Origin: a virus
Lineage: Duplodnaviria > Caudoviricetes
Virus record (IMG/VR): IMGVR_UViG_3300029288_000134
Location: 1 to 64,000 of that record
Length of the DNA stretch: 64,000 nucleotides
Strand: one strand, 5' to 3'
Positions 8,707 to 17,879 of this stretch are shown one piece after another. A program made the position numbers and the translations under genes. The notes below the pieces were generated by a model. That model worked only from the letters and a program-made list of their open reading frames with translations. It was not told the origin of the DNA and searched no databases. Numbering within the stretch: the stretch's first letter is position 1; the number at the start of each line of letters is the position of its first letter.

Positions 8707-9050
8707 TTACAAGGCTAGTGCCTCGTCTAGGGTGAGATCGCGGGCGATTCCCGCTATACGGCCAAGTGACTCGAACGCGCCGCCTACATCGAGATCAGTG
8801 TCGTTTACTCGGTGTAGCTCGTAAGAGTCAGTTTCGCCTTGCCATTTTGACCACTCTTCAACGTGAACAATGTATGATCCGTCTGTCACGCGGTATAACG
8901 TCTCTGTAACGCCGCGTGTATCATCGCTTCCGTAAAAGGTTATGTCGTCGCAGATAAATCTCCGACGAATGTTACTGGGCGTCTTCCATCTTGCGCTGCG
9001 CCATTGCGCATCCTATTGAATGTTCCAATATCTACAGTGATCTCTTTCAT
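8707..9050 (-). pseudogene. Hypothetical gene split by a -1 frameshift
   Basis: ATG 9050 overlaps the upstream TGA, but that frame stops at 8940. The -1 frame continues ICDDITFYGSDDTRGVTETLYRVTDGSY...WSKWQGE to 8707. Confidence 0.55.
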
Positions 9051-9406
9051 TTCCTTTTTCCTTTCTTTTGTGGAAGATTTCGCGGTATTTGTAGACTAAA
9101 AGCCATTTCCTCTAGCTCTAACGGGAACTCTTCTAGCCACGAATCGCTGTTGACATGAATCCAAGCTATCAGTGCTTGGATGACTTTGCCTTGTTTATTG
9201 ACAATACCTCGTAATTCGATAATACTTTCTGCGAGATCCACTTGCTGTATATCATATGCAACGGATGGCATCTCTTCTAGGTATGTCTCAAACTTACTTT
9301 TATCATATTTACTACGCCTATTTACAAGTTCTCCAAACAAGAATCGCGCAAGACCGCCTTCTTGATCTTGTTCTATGCCATAGGATTCACGCGACCTTGT
9401 TAGCAT
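9047..9406 (-). CDS. Hypothetical protein
   Basis: ORF overlapping both neighbours. Confidence 0.55.
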   Translation of the reverse strand: MLTRSRESYGIEQDQEGGLARFLFGELVNRRSKYDKSKFETYLEEMPSVAYDIQQVDLAESIIELRGIVNKQGKVIQALIAWIHVNSDSWLEEFPLELEEMAFSLQIPRNLPQKKGKRK

Positions 9407-9660
9407 AACGCTTTCACCGAGCTAGTAATACAGTCTCGAAATCTCTTCGGATCCTGCTCGTCAATTGACTCCGATGTTCCTGGTAATCCATCTTCAACGA
9501 GTTCGCACACTAGATCAAACGCGAACAGAGAGAAAGTTGTTTGATGTGCAGGTTCTTTTCCAAATAGCATCAGTGAGCAGTTCTCAATCCTGTCTTTAAG
9601 CGCTCGCGGCATAATAGTATTGTGCTGGCGCTCATTCAATTTATTCATTATGGTTGACAT
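9400..9660 (-). CDS. Hypothetical protein, RHH-like
   Basis: QHNTIMPRALKDRIE pattern; SD AAGGA. Confidence 0.45.
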   Translation of the reverse strand: MSTIMNKLNERQHNTIMPRALKDRIENCSLMLFGKEPAHQTTFSLFAFDLVCELVEDGLPGTSESIDEQDPKRFRDCITSSVKALC

Positions 9661-9694
9661 TGCATTTCTTATCCTTTCATGATATTATTGTTAT

Positions 9695-10123
9695 ATGGCT
9701 AACGATTTAGTTGCGTCTAATGTAATGTCTGGTCGTATCATACGTTCTGGTAGCTCATTCCGAGAGCTACTTCGTCTTCGCTCGAAAGAGATTCTAGATA
9801 TAAATGGTCGATCTCTTTCTGCCGAAGAGTATGTCGTAGAGAAAATACTTGAAGCTATAATCTACGGCAAGGTACAATTCCCTGGCGATGCCAAAGAGCG
9901 CATGATTGATATGAAAGACTGGCGCAACTGGGTTACTGAATTTATCAATATTGTAGATCCACCTAGTCTGGCACTGACTAACTCTGGTGGCCTAAGTCCG
10001 GTAGGCGCTGGCGATGAGGTCAAGACGATGTTAGCCGAACGCATTGACAAGCTCATCGCCATCGAACCCGCCTTCCGAGAAAGAGTGATGTCTCTCTTGC
10101 CAGAGCAAGACAGTAGCGAGTGA
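9695..10123 (+). CDS. Hypothetical protein; possible displaced terminase small subunit
   Basis: Lone plus-strand helical protein; the function is inferred only. Confidence 0.35.
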   Translation: MANDLVASNVMSGRIIRSGSSFRELLRLRSKEILDINGRSLSAEEYVVEKILEAIIYGKVQFPGDAKERMIDMKDWRNWVTEFINIVDPPSLALTNSGGLSPVGAGDEVKTMLAERIDKLIAIEPAFRERVMSLLPEQDSSE

Positions 10124-10564
10124 TTAGTATGTCTCTACCTCGCATCCATCTTCGTCTATTTCAAGTTCGAACTCTTCCTCGACTTCCTCGACTTCATCGT
10201 CGTCATCTTCGTCAGATGGAACATCAGACAAATCCATTCTCATCTTAACGTATTCCTCAACAACTGCTCTTACAAGTAAGCTAACTAGCTGGTCGTGCGA
10301 GCCTACATCAGGTGCACCGTGAAAGCTAGAAATCAGGTCTAGAATATTCCTGTTACCGTAGTTATCTTGCATATCGTCAAGAATGTCCCAGATGGCATCC
10401 TGATGCTTCTCGTACCATTCGTTTGTATCGTGATAATATACGAACTCGCCAACGTCCCATGCCGCACCATCGCGGATAGTTTCTAGATCTTCGCGCCCGA
10501 GCGCTTTCAGGGCGTCTTCAAATTCTCGCAAGTTTCTATTTCTTGAATTGTAGGAGTAGTCCAT
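10124..10564 (-). CDS. Highly acidic protein (Ocr-like DNA-mimic candidate)
   Basis: 44/146 residues are D/E by hand count; FVYYHDT motif; poly-D/E tail. Confidence 0.5.
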   Translation of the reverse strand: MDYSYNSRNRNLREFEDALKALGREDLETIRDGAAWDVGEFVYYHDTNEWYEKHQDAIWDILDDMQDNYGNRNILDLISSFHGAPDVGSHDQLVSLLVRAVVEEYVKMRMDLSDVPSDEDDDDEVEEVEEEFELEIDEDGCEVETY

Positions 10565-10565
10565 G

Positions 10566-11135
10566 TTATTTCATTATCCTTTCGTAGATTCTACTTGGTG
10601 ATGGAGTTCCATAAACTTCGCTGCGCATTGTTATCCAATGCATGTGCTCTTGGATAGCACGCTTTAGATCGTCTTCTGTTGGATGATCCCCATATTCGTT
10701 GATGTACGATCCACAGTATAGAAAATCATCTACGGTATCAAACTCGAACATGCCGTACCCATTTATAATATCTACCGTGTTTCGTACTGCGTTGAGCCAG
10801 TCCTTGTTTCGCTCGGGAACAATCTTGAACCTGCCAGCGTAATCGCCTTCGGTTATCTTGTGAGTTATTAGTCCGGCTTCTCCTAATACTTCGTCTGCCG
10901 TTTGCTCTACTGCATGTGCCCAATTGGAAAAGAATTCATCATTTTCCTCTTGTTCCCGAGCTAGTGCATATTCTTCGGCTTCTTCCTCTGAGTATTCAAG
11001 TTCATTGATTGCATACTCGTAGGCGTTGTGGTATGCATATCCACCGCTGTCGAACATGCTCTCAAGAACTTCGTCTTCTTCAGGAACGCCGAGCCACTTA
11101 GCCAACTGATCTATTGACACTTTGTCGATGTCCAT
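10566..11135 (-). CDS. Acidic hypothetical protein
   Basis: 43/189 residues are D/E; SD GAAAGGAG. Confidence 0.6.
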   Translation of the reverse strand: MDIDKVSIDQLAKWLGVPEEDEVLESMFDSGGYAYHNAYEYAINELEYSEEEAEEYALAREQEENDEFFSNWAHAVEQTADEVLGEAGLITHKITEGDYAGRFKIVPERNKDWLNAVRNTVDIINGYGMFEFDTVDDFLYCGSYINEYGDHPTEDDLKRAIQEHMHWITMRSEVYGTPSPSRIYERIMK

Positions 11136-11167
11136 TTCGTTCTCCTTTCTATTTTAGTTACCCTGCA

Positions 11168-11221
11168 CTCAGAAGTTGTACGATTACAACCCCTGAGAGC
11201 AAGGGGGGAGACTAGCTCCCC
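11168..11221 (-). ncRNA. Intergenic tandem-hairpin element A, copy 1
   Basis: GGGGAG-CTAGT-CTCCCC hairpin plus CTCAGGGGTTGTA-ATCG-TACAACTTCTGAG hairpin (G.U pairs on the minus strand). Confidence 0.55.
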
Positions 11222-11228
11222 GCCCTAG

Positions 11229-12041
11229 CTACCAGTCCATTTTTAACAACTCTTCTATGGCATTACGTTGCATGTCGCGGCGCTCTTTTTCTGCTCGATT
11301 GCTACTATGCCGACCATCGACAAGTCTTACACGCAAATACTTTTTCAATGCACGTTTTATGGCATTGCGTAACCATGGCGAACTTGGCAACTTGTTTGCG
11401 CTATCTATGATAAAACCTGGGTGGTGGTATCCTTTTTCTTTTACCGCATTCAAGATAAGAGCGCCTGGGTAATACTTCTCTTTCATGTGACTAATTAGAT
11501 GTTCCGTATCTTCTGCTGCATCTCCTAGAGGTTCTTTCGTGTCAATAACGCGCATCGAGCAATACCAACAATCACCTGGCCCTGGCAATGGGATATTCTC
11601 TGGAAGACCATCAACGAACTTATCTATCTTTTTCTCGATCCTTTCGATACGTTTTGCATCTCGGGACTTCTGGAAATTGTATACTTGGCCATCTTCGTAT
11701 ATCTTGATCTCATCATCGAAGGGCCAATCCTTGGTTCCGGGCCAAAACTCATGCCCGATATGCACGTACCATTTATTCTTTTCTTGATACACATAGCAAT
11801 TCAAGGTGCTTGGCAGGTAACGCTCGATTGCCTTATTTAACCACTTTTTAGTAGTGATTGTTCTCCAGCCACCAGAATTCAATGTCAACGAATGCTCGTT
11901 CATCTGATACTCAGCGATGACGGTCTGGTGTAGCTGTATTCCAATTTTCCAGCTATCTTTCAGTTTTATCTCGGCAACAGTTGGCCCGAGACGTTCAATG
12001 ACATCGCCTTGAAATTCAGAATTCTTGATATAGGTAGCCAT
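11229..12041 (-). CDS. Hypothetical phage protein (two-domain)
   Basis: LHQT...LNSGGWRTITTKKWLN domain plus GDCWYCSM domain; N-terminal part resembles the 17526 gene. Confidence 0.65.
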   Translation of the reverse strand: MATYIKNSEFQGDVIERLGPTVAEIKLKDSWKIGIQLHQTVIAEYQMNEHSLTLNSGGWRTITTKKWLNKAIERYLPSTLNCYVYQEKNKWYVHIGHEFWPGTKDWPFDDEIKIYEDGQVYNFQKSRDAKRIERIEKKIDKFVDGLPENIPLPGPGDCWYCSMRVIDTKEPLGDAAEDTEHLISHMKEKYYPGALILNAVKEKGYHHPGFIIDSANKLPSSPWLRNAIKRALKKYLRVRLVDGRHSSNRAEKERRDMQRNAIEELLKMDW

Positions 12042-12091
12042 CTCGCTCTCCTTTTCTGATTTGTAAATTTCTTGTAAATTCTTACTCTTCC

Positions 12092-12145
12092 CTAAGAGAT
12101 CGTATCGCTACGATCCCTTAGAGTAGAGGGGGAGACTAGCTCCCC
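12092..12145 (-). ncRNA. Intergenic tandem-hairpin element A, copy 2
   Basis: Identical GGGGAGCTAGTCTCCCC plus CTAAGGGATCGTA-GCGA-TACGATCTCTTAG (covarying stem, GNRA loop). Confidence 0.55.
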
Positions 12146-12153
12146 AGTCTACA

Positions 12154-13590
12154 TTATGCTAGTTCTACTTGCCGAATAGCCTTTCTCCAATCCTTGCCCC
12201 ATACTCTTTTGAGTATCCGATACTTTTCGTTATCAAAGTCCTGGCTATGACCACTCCAACTTAGATGTGCCATTTCGTGGGTTACGGTATCCATAATTTG
12301 CAATGGATTATCTAGGTCTGTATTCACTGGATTTATGAACAGAAATGTGAACCCACTTATATTGGTCAGACAGCCCTCGATCTTCATCTTGTCTTTTCTA
12401 GAACCAAACCATAGTCCTAGTCTAATACCATCCGATTCACCAGTCATCTTCTGCACTTTTCTTACCTTGTCTAGCAACTTGCTAAACTCGGGCAGCAATT
12501 TTCCATTTTGGTCCAGTAACAGCTCGCGGCATTCTTCTGGATTCTTTTTATTCTTTGGAAGACCACGTATTGCAATTGGCTCAGTGTAAATGGCTTCATC
12601 GGAAACGGTAAATGGTATCTGCATCTTTTTGTATAAACCGCTGCGACTATACAGATTTAAACTATTACTTACAACCTCACCGAATATATCATGGCTCCAG
12701 TTCGGATCGTATATGACGACGCTTTCCGTAGACATATCAACAGTCTTTTCGTGTCTTACTGCGTCCGCTACCATGTCGTTGATCACGTCGTCAATCTTAC
12801 AGGAGTATTCGTATCGCAATCCGTCACGATTCTCTGTGAGTAGTTCGGTTGCGGGTTTAGTAAGTTCGAGATACATACACTTTGTAAGATACGACCTATA
12901 GAAATTCGTAGTGAGAAGTCCACTTGTTCTCACATACACATTACCCTCAGACTCATTTCTGGCATTGTTGGGTTTTACTGCGTACAGTATCCCGAAATCA
13001 AATTCAGCTACGATTTGTTTCTTGGTAAGTTTTCGCCCTTGTGGTACAAGTTCGTCGTTCAGGTATACTTTACATGGAATGTTACAGAAGTTTACCAGGT
13101 CTAATACAAAACTATCGACTACTGATTTGCGCAAGCACCTGTCAGTATCCGCGCAAGTTACCTTAAATCCATTCCGATCATTTGGTAACGGACTTGCATA
13201 ATTCCCACCCGATCCCTTAACTACGAAATCAGACGATGCGATCTCCCACCACTCCCAGGAGAAGGAAATCAATTCTTTCGCTGCTCCGAATGATCCGATT
13301 GGCCTATTGGTTCTCTTTTCGCTGCCGCCGATGGTAAGGAACGCTGTTTTAAATCTTTCCCAACTTATCCCGTGTCCATCATCCTCAGCAGAGATAAAGT
13401 GATTGCCGTTGTCGTCAATACCTGTTTTGATATAGATGTTTCTTGCGCCTGCATCGACGCTATTTTGTATCAGTTCACGAACTAATGGTTTACTCAATTC
13501 GCCGTTGTACTGGTTACTTGCACGACGCTTGAATTCCTTGGCATTCGTGGGTAATGTTACAGTATATTGATAATCTTGTGTGTCCATCAT
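12154..13590 (-). CDS. GHKL (MORC/Hsp90-like) ATPase with C-terminal HExxH zincin-like motif
   Basis: RELIQNSVDA (N box), DDGHGI (G1), IGSFGAAK (G2); C-terminal VTHEMAHLSWSGHSQDF. Confidence 0.8.
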   Translation of the reverse strand: MMDTQDYQYTVTLPTNAKEFKRRASNQYNGELSKPLVRELIQNSVDAGARNIYIKTGIDDNGNHFISAEDDGHGISWERFKTAFLTIGGSEKRTNRPIGSFGAAKELISFSWEWWEIASSDFVVKGSGGNYASPLPNDRNGFKVTCADTDRCLRKSVVDSFVLDLVNFCNIPCKVYLNDELVPQGRKLTKKQIVAEFDFGILYAVKPNNARNESEGNVYVRTSGLLTTNFYRSYLTKCMYLELTKPATELLTENRDGLRYEYSCKIDDVINDMVADAVRHEKTVDMSTESVVIYDPNWSHDIFGEVVSNSLNLYSRSGLYKKMQIPFTVSDEAIYTEPIAIRGLPKNKKNPEECRELLLDQNGKLLPEFSKLLDKVRKVQKMTGESDGIRLGLWFGSRKDKMKIEGCLTNISGFTFLFINPVNTDLDNPLQIMDTVTHEMAHLSWSGHSQDFDNEKYRILKRVWGKDWRKAIRQVELA

Positions 13591-13620
13591 ATTCTCCTTT
13601 TCTGTTTTCTTATTATATAT

Positions 13621-13649
13621 ATTATATCATATAATAGGTTATAAGTCAA
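13621..13649 (-). promoter_or_regulatory. Sigma70-type promoter
   Basis: TTGACT-17-TATAAT, TGA extended -10. Confidence 0.85.
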
Positions 13650-13736
13650 CCTAGAATATATATCCTGACATCTAAATATAATTACTAGGTTATACTCAGA
13701 TGCCAGGACCGGAGACTATCTCCGATCCCGAGATTA

Positions 13737-14237
13737 CTACCACCTATATCGCCTAAATTTCTCGTATGTACTATATGCAATTGGCCTTGCATAGTACCAT
13801 TCTTTGCCTACTGGCGAGTCGTGATGAAAGTTATTGATTTTCAGCCCATTGCCATCATGGTATATATAGAATGTGCAATCGGTATTTGGAAGAATCTGTC
13901 GCAGAAAATTCTTCCCGTCATCCGCAAAAAGATATTGTTCTACATTTATGCCTCTCCACCCGAAGTTTGCGACTTCTACTTTCCAGCAACCAGACGGACT
14001 TTTCTTGTTAATAATTTCTGTCAAGTATTCGATTAGATAGTCCCACTCTATAGTAAGAAGATAGGAATCCTCGTATACATATTCCCATATCTTATCCTCG
14101 TCTGGCTTACCATCTTCACCAACAAGGTGATCATATGGGTGATCTGGGTCGTTTTCAATGCACTCTATTAGATACTTGACCTGGTTGTTCATAATCTCAC
14201 ACGTATCCCAGGACATTATCGGCTTCTTTTGTCTCAT
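13737..14237 (-). CDS. Hypothetical phage protein
   Basis: GWRG and HHDSPVG motifs; acidic and aromatic. Confidence 0.65.
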   Translation of the reverse strand: MRQKKPIMSWDTCEIMNNQVKYLIECIENDPDHPYDHLVGEDGKPDEDKIWEYVYEDSYLLTIEWDYLIEYLTEIINKKSPSGCWKVEVANFGWRGINVEQYLFADDGKNFLRQILPNTDCTFYIYHDGNGLKINNFHHDSPVGKEWYYARPIAYSTYEKFRRYRW

Positions 14238-14557
14238 TAGTATCCCAACCTTTCTACTTTCTGTGCGGCAATGGTTGTATCTTCAAGCAATCGCCTATTG
14301 CCATCTCTGCTGTTAGGATAGTGGCCATAATAGTCAAGGCCAGTTCTTGTAAAAATAGCTAGTGGATACTTGTTGTTATCCTCAGCGGAATAGATAATCT
14401 TCTCAAGCAGGGTACACCTAGCCTCTTTGTGATCAAAGTAAGGTCCTCGCAGTATCTTGTAGTGTGGATGCGGTAATCCATTTTCCTGAATTGGCCTATG
14501 GCAAATATACCATCTTGGAGAGTTACGTTTTTTCTTTTCCATTGCACTCCCTCTCAA
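14237..14557 (-). CDS. Hypothetical protein
   Basis: TAATG coupling to the next gene. Confidence 0.55.
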   Translation of the reverse strand: MRGSAMEKKKRNSPRWYICHRPIQENGLPHPHYKILRGPYFDHKEARCTLLEKIIYSAEDNNKYPLAIFTRTGLDYYGHYPNSRDGNRRLLEDTTIAAQKVERLGY

Positions 14558-14837
14558 ATGTCCAATTGCGCGGATCGCTTTTGCCCATATAGACGAAATT
14601 CTTGTTCATGTAGTTTTCGCTGCATGTACCGACGCATCCATTATGCGGAAGATAATCTGCCCAAAGTACACCGTAGTATTCTAGCCACGACATATTAAAG
14701 AACTCAACGGTGTGTCTATATTTACACTCAAGACAGTTTGTTGAGTAGTTATCTACGGCATGGCCAAATACGTCAAGATATTCTTGTGTCATGACGAATT
14801 CCTTTCTGTTGTTTGTTATATACCGACTACTGGCCAA
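14523..14837 (-). CDS. Hypothetical Cys-rich protein (likely start MTQEY)
   Basis: CLEC...CVGTC; SD GAAAGGA. Confidence 0.5.
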   Translation of the reverse strand: MASSRYITNNRKEFVMTQEYLDVFGHAVDNYSTNCLECKYRHTVEFFNMSWLEYYGVLWADYLPHNGCVGTCSENYMNKNFVYMGKSDPRNWTFERECNGKEKT

Positions 14838-14871
14838 GACTCATATCCTGGCCAGGATGTCGAGATACAAC
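14815..14871 (-). ncRNA. 57-nt intergenic structured element B, copy 1
   Basis: GTTGTATCTCGAC...CCAGGA...GTCGGTATATAAC; the ends pair with each other. Confidence 0.5.
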
Positions 14872-15158
14872 TATAGTTCTGAAAATACTTCAAGTCCCTC
14901 GTTAGGAAAGATTAAATCTCTCGACATAGTAAGCAGTAAGTCATCTTGCATATAGTTATCGAGAGCGGCGGGCTTGTTATAGAACTTGAAATTGCTCTTG
15001 GAATCCACAATATACATATACAGACCAACAATCAGATCGTTCTTTGCCTTACCTACCTCTTTCTTTGTTGGAACGTAAACTCCACGGATATGATGATAAT
15101 GGCCTCGTAGTGTGTCGTTGTACTCGCGCCACAATTGCATCAATTTGTCCTTTGTCAT
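14871..15158 (-). CDS. Hypothetical protein
   Basis: ORF directly after the SNF2 gene. Confidence 0.55.
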   Translation of the reverse strand: MTKDKLMQLWREYNDTLRGHYHHIRGVYVPTKKEVGKAKNDLIVGLYMYIVDSKSNFKFYNKPAALDNYMQDDLLLTMSRDLIFPNEGLEVFSEL

Positions 15159-15160
15159 GA

Positions 15161-17218
15161 CTAATCACCCTTTCTGAGCAATCTGTCGATCACTCCGTTC
15201 ATTACGCTTTCATCGTCTTCCTGGCTCAACGATCCATCTGTAGCAGCATCAACAACTTCCCGCTTTTTAGCTATCAGGTCAACGATGTCATTGTCGATTG
15301 TACCATCCGCTATAAGCCACCACGCTGTTACTTTGTGCTCCTGGCCTATTCGATGTGCCCGATCCTTGGCCTGATCCATTGTTCCTGGATTCCAGCCGAA
15401 CTCAACAAAGGCAACATTTGAAGCAGCAGTTAAGGTGACTCCAATTCCACCAGCAATCAAGCTACATACGATAATGCGACAGCTTGGATTGTTCTGGAAC
15501 CTGTCTATATTCTGTTGTCTGATTACAGGAGAATCTTCCCCGAACAATCTAGCGGATCCAGGAAACTCTTTTAGCAATGATTTCTGAATCTCGATATGAT
15601 GAGCAAAGATGATTAACTTCTGATCAGACTCCATGAAATCAGATACCCATGATTTTACAGATTCGATCTTTCCTTTGGCAGCTATCTGTTTCAGTGCGCC
15701 GATACGTACAAACGTTTCGCCGCGCATAGCCTTCCATACTGCGTATTCCACTGTCTGCTCTAAAATCTCCTGGCGTTTCTGCTTGGACATCCCAGGGTTT
15801 TCTTCGGCTATTTTAGCAACGATCTTGAGGACTTTCTCATCGCAACGCTTTTTCTCATGCAGCCATGATACGAGATCATTCTCGGCACCGTTATACTCTT
15901 CCCAGTTATCAATTGTCATTGGAATTGTGGCGTGTTGAACAGGTGGTAGCTCTTTCAGTACCTCTGACTTGATTCTGCGAATATAGCATATTGATCTCAG
16001 CTTGTCGTTTAGCTCCCCGAGATTACTAGAGCCTGACATATCCCATCCCCATTGCCCTCTTTTAGCATCGCAATATCTCTTGGCGAATGTCCAGAATCCA
16101 CCCATATCATCTAGTCGATCAAGGATTTCTAATTGGCTAATCAATTCCTGTGGACGATTTAGGATAGGGGTTCCGGTAAGAGCGAGTATTACTGTGATAG
16201 TTTTAGACAATTCCTTGACAGTTTTTGCTCTGATTGTTTTTGGGTTTTTACAATAGGTCGACTCATCCATTATCAAGGCTTTGAAATGTCGCCTCTTCAG
16301 AGATTCACAATGCTTTGTCAAGATGTCGTAGTTAATGATTACAATATCATGAGAAGTATCAAATGTTCCATTGCTGCCATTCAATACAACAACGCTCTTT
16401 CCAGGCAGCCACTTCTCTACTTCACGCGCCCAGTTTAGCTTTACACTTGCTGGAACGATAATCAATGCAGGGAAGGAATCAAGATGTTGCAACGTTGCAA
16501 GCGCCTGGATTGTCTTTCCTAAACCCATTTCATCTGCAATGAAACATCGCTTTTGTCTACTGGCATACGCGACTCCTGCTTTTTGAAATGGCCTAAGCGT
16601 ACCGCCGAGTCCACGCACTTCTATTTCTGCATCCGTAGCTCGCGATGCTTCTTTGGCCCACTCAGCGGTTCTTGAAAGCTCCCTGGCGTGGCTATCAATC
16701 TCTTCTAGTTTATTACCTGATGCCTTGTCAATGGAGAATCCATTATCTTTGGCAAAGCTAGACAATGCTTGCACCATATCTTGTTTTGGCGATACGGTCC
16801 AGCACTTTTTTACCGAATCCCATCGCCTACCAGGGATTTCTTTTACTTTTGCAACGAGCGCAGAGTCATACTCGAATTTGATGACAAAATTTCTGCCATC
16901 AAATTCGATTGTATTAGGCACTTTTGGTCTTGCTGGTTTATCGTCAGTGACTCGCCAATCTATTGCTGGAAGTGTAGCAGGGTCAGGCGGCTCGGGAATC
17001 TCGTTGTAATTTATTCCCAAACTAGCAAGCTGTGCATGATACTTCTTAACCATCTTCCAGGCAGCGCGGGCTTGCTTTGGCGACCAGCGATCTTGCGCGG
17101 CTAGACTGTGGCCAAATACTGTGTCTGCCGCATTAAACCCTTGTGCATCGTGACTATTAGCATAATCACAACGATTAGCCAACTTCACGACTGCCTCTTT
17201 TAGCAGATCGCGTTCCAT
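15161..17218 (-). CDS. SNF2-family (SMARCAL1/HARP-like) helicase/translocase
   Basis: DEMGLGKT, LIMDEST (variant Walker B), LTGTPILNRP, QAKDRAHRIGQ. Confidence 0.9.
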   Translation of the reverse strand: MERDLLKEAVVKLANRCDYANSHDAQGFNAADTVFGHSLAAQDRWSPKQARAAWKMVKKYHAQLASLGINYNEIPEPPDPATLPAIDWRVTDDKPARPKVPNTIEFDGRNFVIKFEYDSALVAKVKEIPGRRWDSVKKCWTVSPKQDMVQALSSFAKDNGFSIDKASGNKLEEIDSHARELSRTAEWAKEASRATDAEIEVRGLGGTLRPFQKAGVAYASRQKRCFIADEMGLGKTIQALATLQHLDSFPALIIVPASVKLNWAREVEKWLPGKSVVVLNGSNGTFDTSHDIVIINYDILTKHCESLKRRHFKALIMDESTYCKNPKTIRAKTVKELSKTITVILALTGTPILNRPQELISQLEILDRLDDMGGFWTFAKRYCDAKRGQWGWDMSGSSNLGELNDKLRSICYIRRIKSEVLKELPPVQHATIPMTIDNWEEYNGAENDLVSWLHEKKRCDEKVLKIVAKIAEENPGMSKQKRQEILEQTVEYAVWKAMRGETFVRIGALKQIAAKGKIESVKSWVSDFMESDQKLIIFAHHIEIQKSLLKEFPGSARLFGEDSPVIRQQNIDRFQNNPSCRIIVCSLIAGGIGVTLTAASNVAFVEFGWNPGTMDQAKDRAHRIGQEHKVTAWWLIADGTIDNDIVDLIAKKREVVDAATDGSLSQEDDESVMNGVIDRLLRKGD

Positions 17219-17236
17219 GATGTTCTCCTTTCTTTA

Positions 17237-17293
17237 GTTATACACCGACAACTAACCAGGACCGATGTCCTGGCTAGATGGTCGAGATACAAC
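17237..17293 (-). ncRNA. 57-nt intergenic structured element B, copy 2
   Basis: GTTGTATCTCGAC...CCAGGAC-ATCG-GTCCTGG...GTCGGTGTATAAC, directly before the SNF2 RBS. Confidence 0.5.
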
Positions 17294-17344
17294 ACTCATG
17301 TAATAATTATTGCGATTGGTCCCCTGTATATCCGTGGATCTTTG

Positions 17345-17554
17345 CTAAATAGTCTGATCTATTGTTTTCTCCAATATATGCCGCGTTGGCTTCGCATACA
17401 TTTCGATGCTTAGGCTCGTGTCTGTATCAACATACACGGCCTGATCAAAACCAGTGTCGAGGTCTAGCAGGGTGACTTCTATAGTATCCGAGAAGTCGAA
17501 CCCCGCCACGTCGTATAACGAACCATTATGAATTGTAACTAGCAATCTTTGCAT
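17345..17554 (-). CDS. Hypothetical protein
   Basis: SD AAGGAG. Confidence 0.5.
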   Translation of the reverse strand: MQRLLVTIHNGSLYDVAGFDFSDTIEVTLLDLDTGFDQAVYVDTDTSLSIEMYAKPTRHILEKTIDQTI

Positions 17555-17852
17555 TCCAACTCCTTACTGGGATACGCATATTCTCTATAAACGAAACGAC
17601 TATACCGTCGTATTCTATATACTGCTCACCGTCTTTTTGAAACACCCCTGCCTCTATATCGAATCCAAGCATTTTTATTCCCTTGTTTATCCATTTGCGT
17701 GTAAGCAGGGTGGGATAATCACCCATGCGCAAGATTAGTTCCTCTCCATCTCTTTCTACTACATCTGTCCAGTGGCAGCGTATTGCCAGGTTTCCATTAT
17801 CTAGCTTTATCATGCTTGTTGTTGATGATAGTTTTTGGATTAATTCTGACAT
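17526..17852 (-). CDS. Hypothetical protein, paralogue of the 11229 N-terminal domain
   Basis: RCHWTDV...LRMGDYPTLLTRKWINK...VFQKDGEQY. Confidence 0.55.
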   Translation of the reverse strand: MSELIQKLSSTTSMIKLDNGNLAIRCHWTDVVERDGEELILRMGDYPTLLTRKWINKGIKMLGFDIEAGVFQKDGEQYIEYDGIVVSFIENMRIPVRSWNAKIASYNS

Positions 17853-17879
17853 TTTTGTACTCCAGTTGTATCGTTACAA

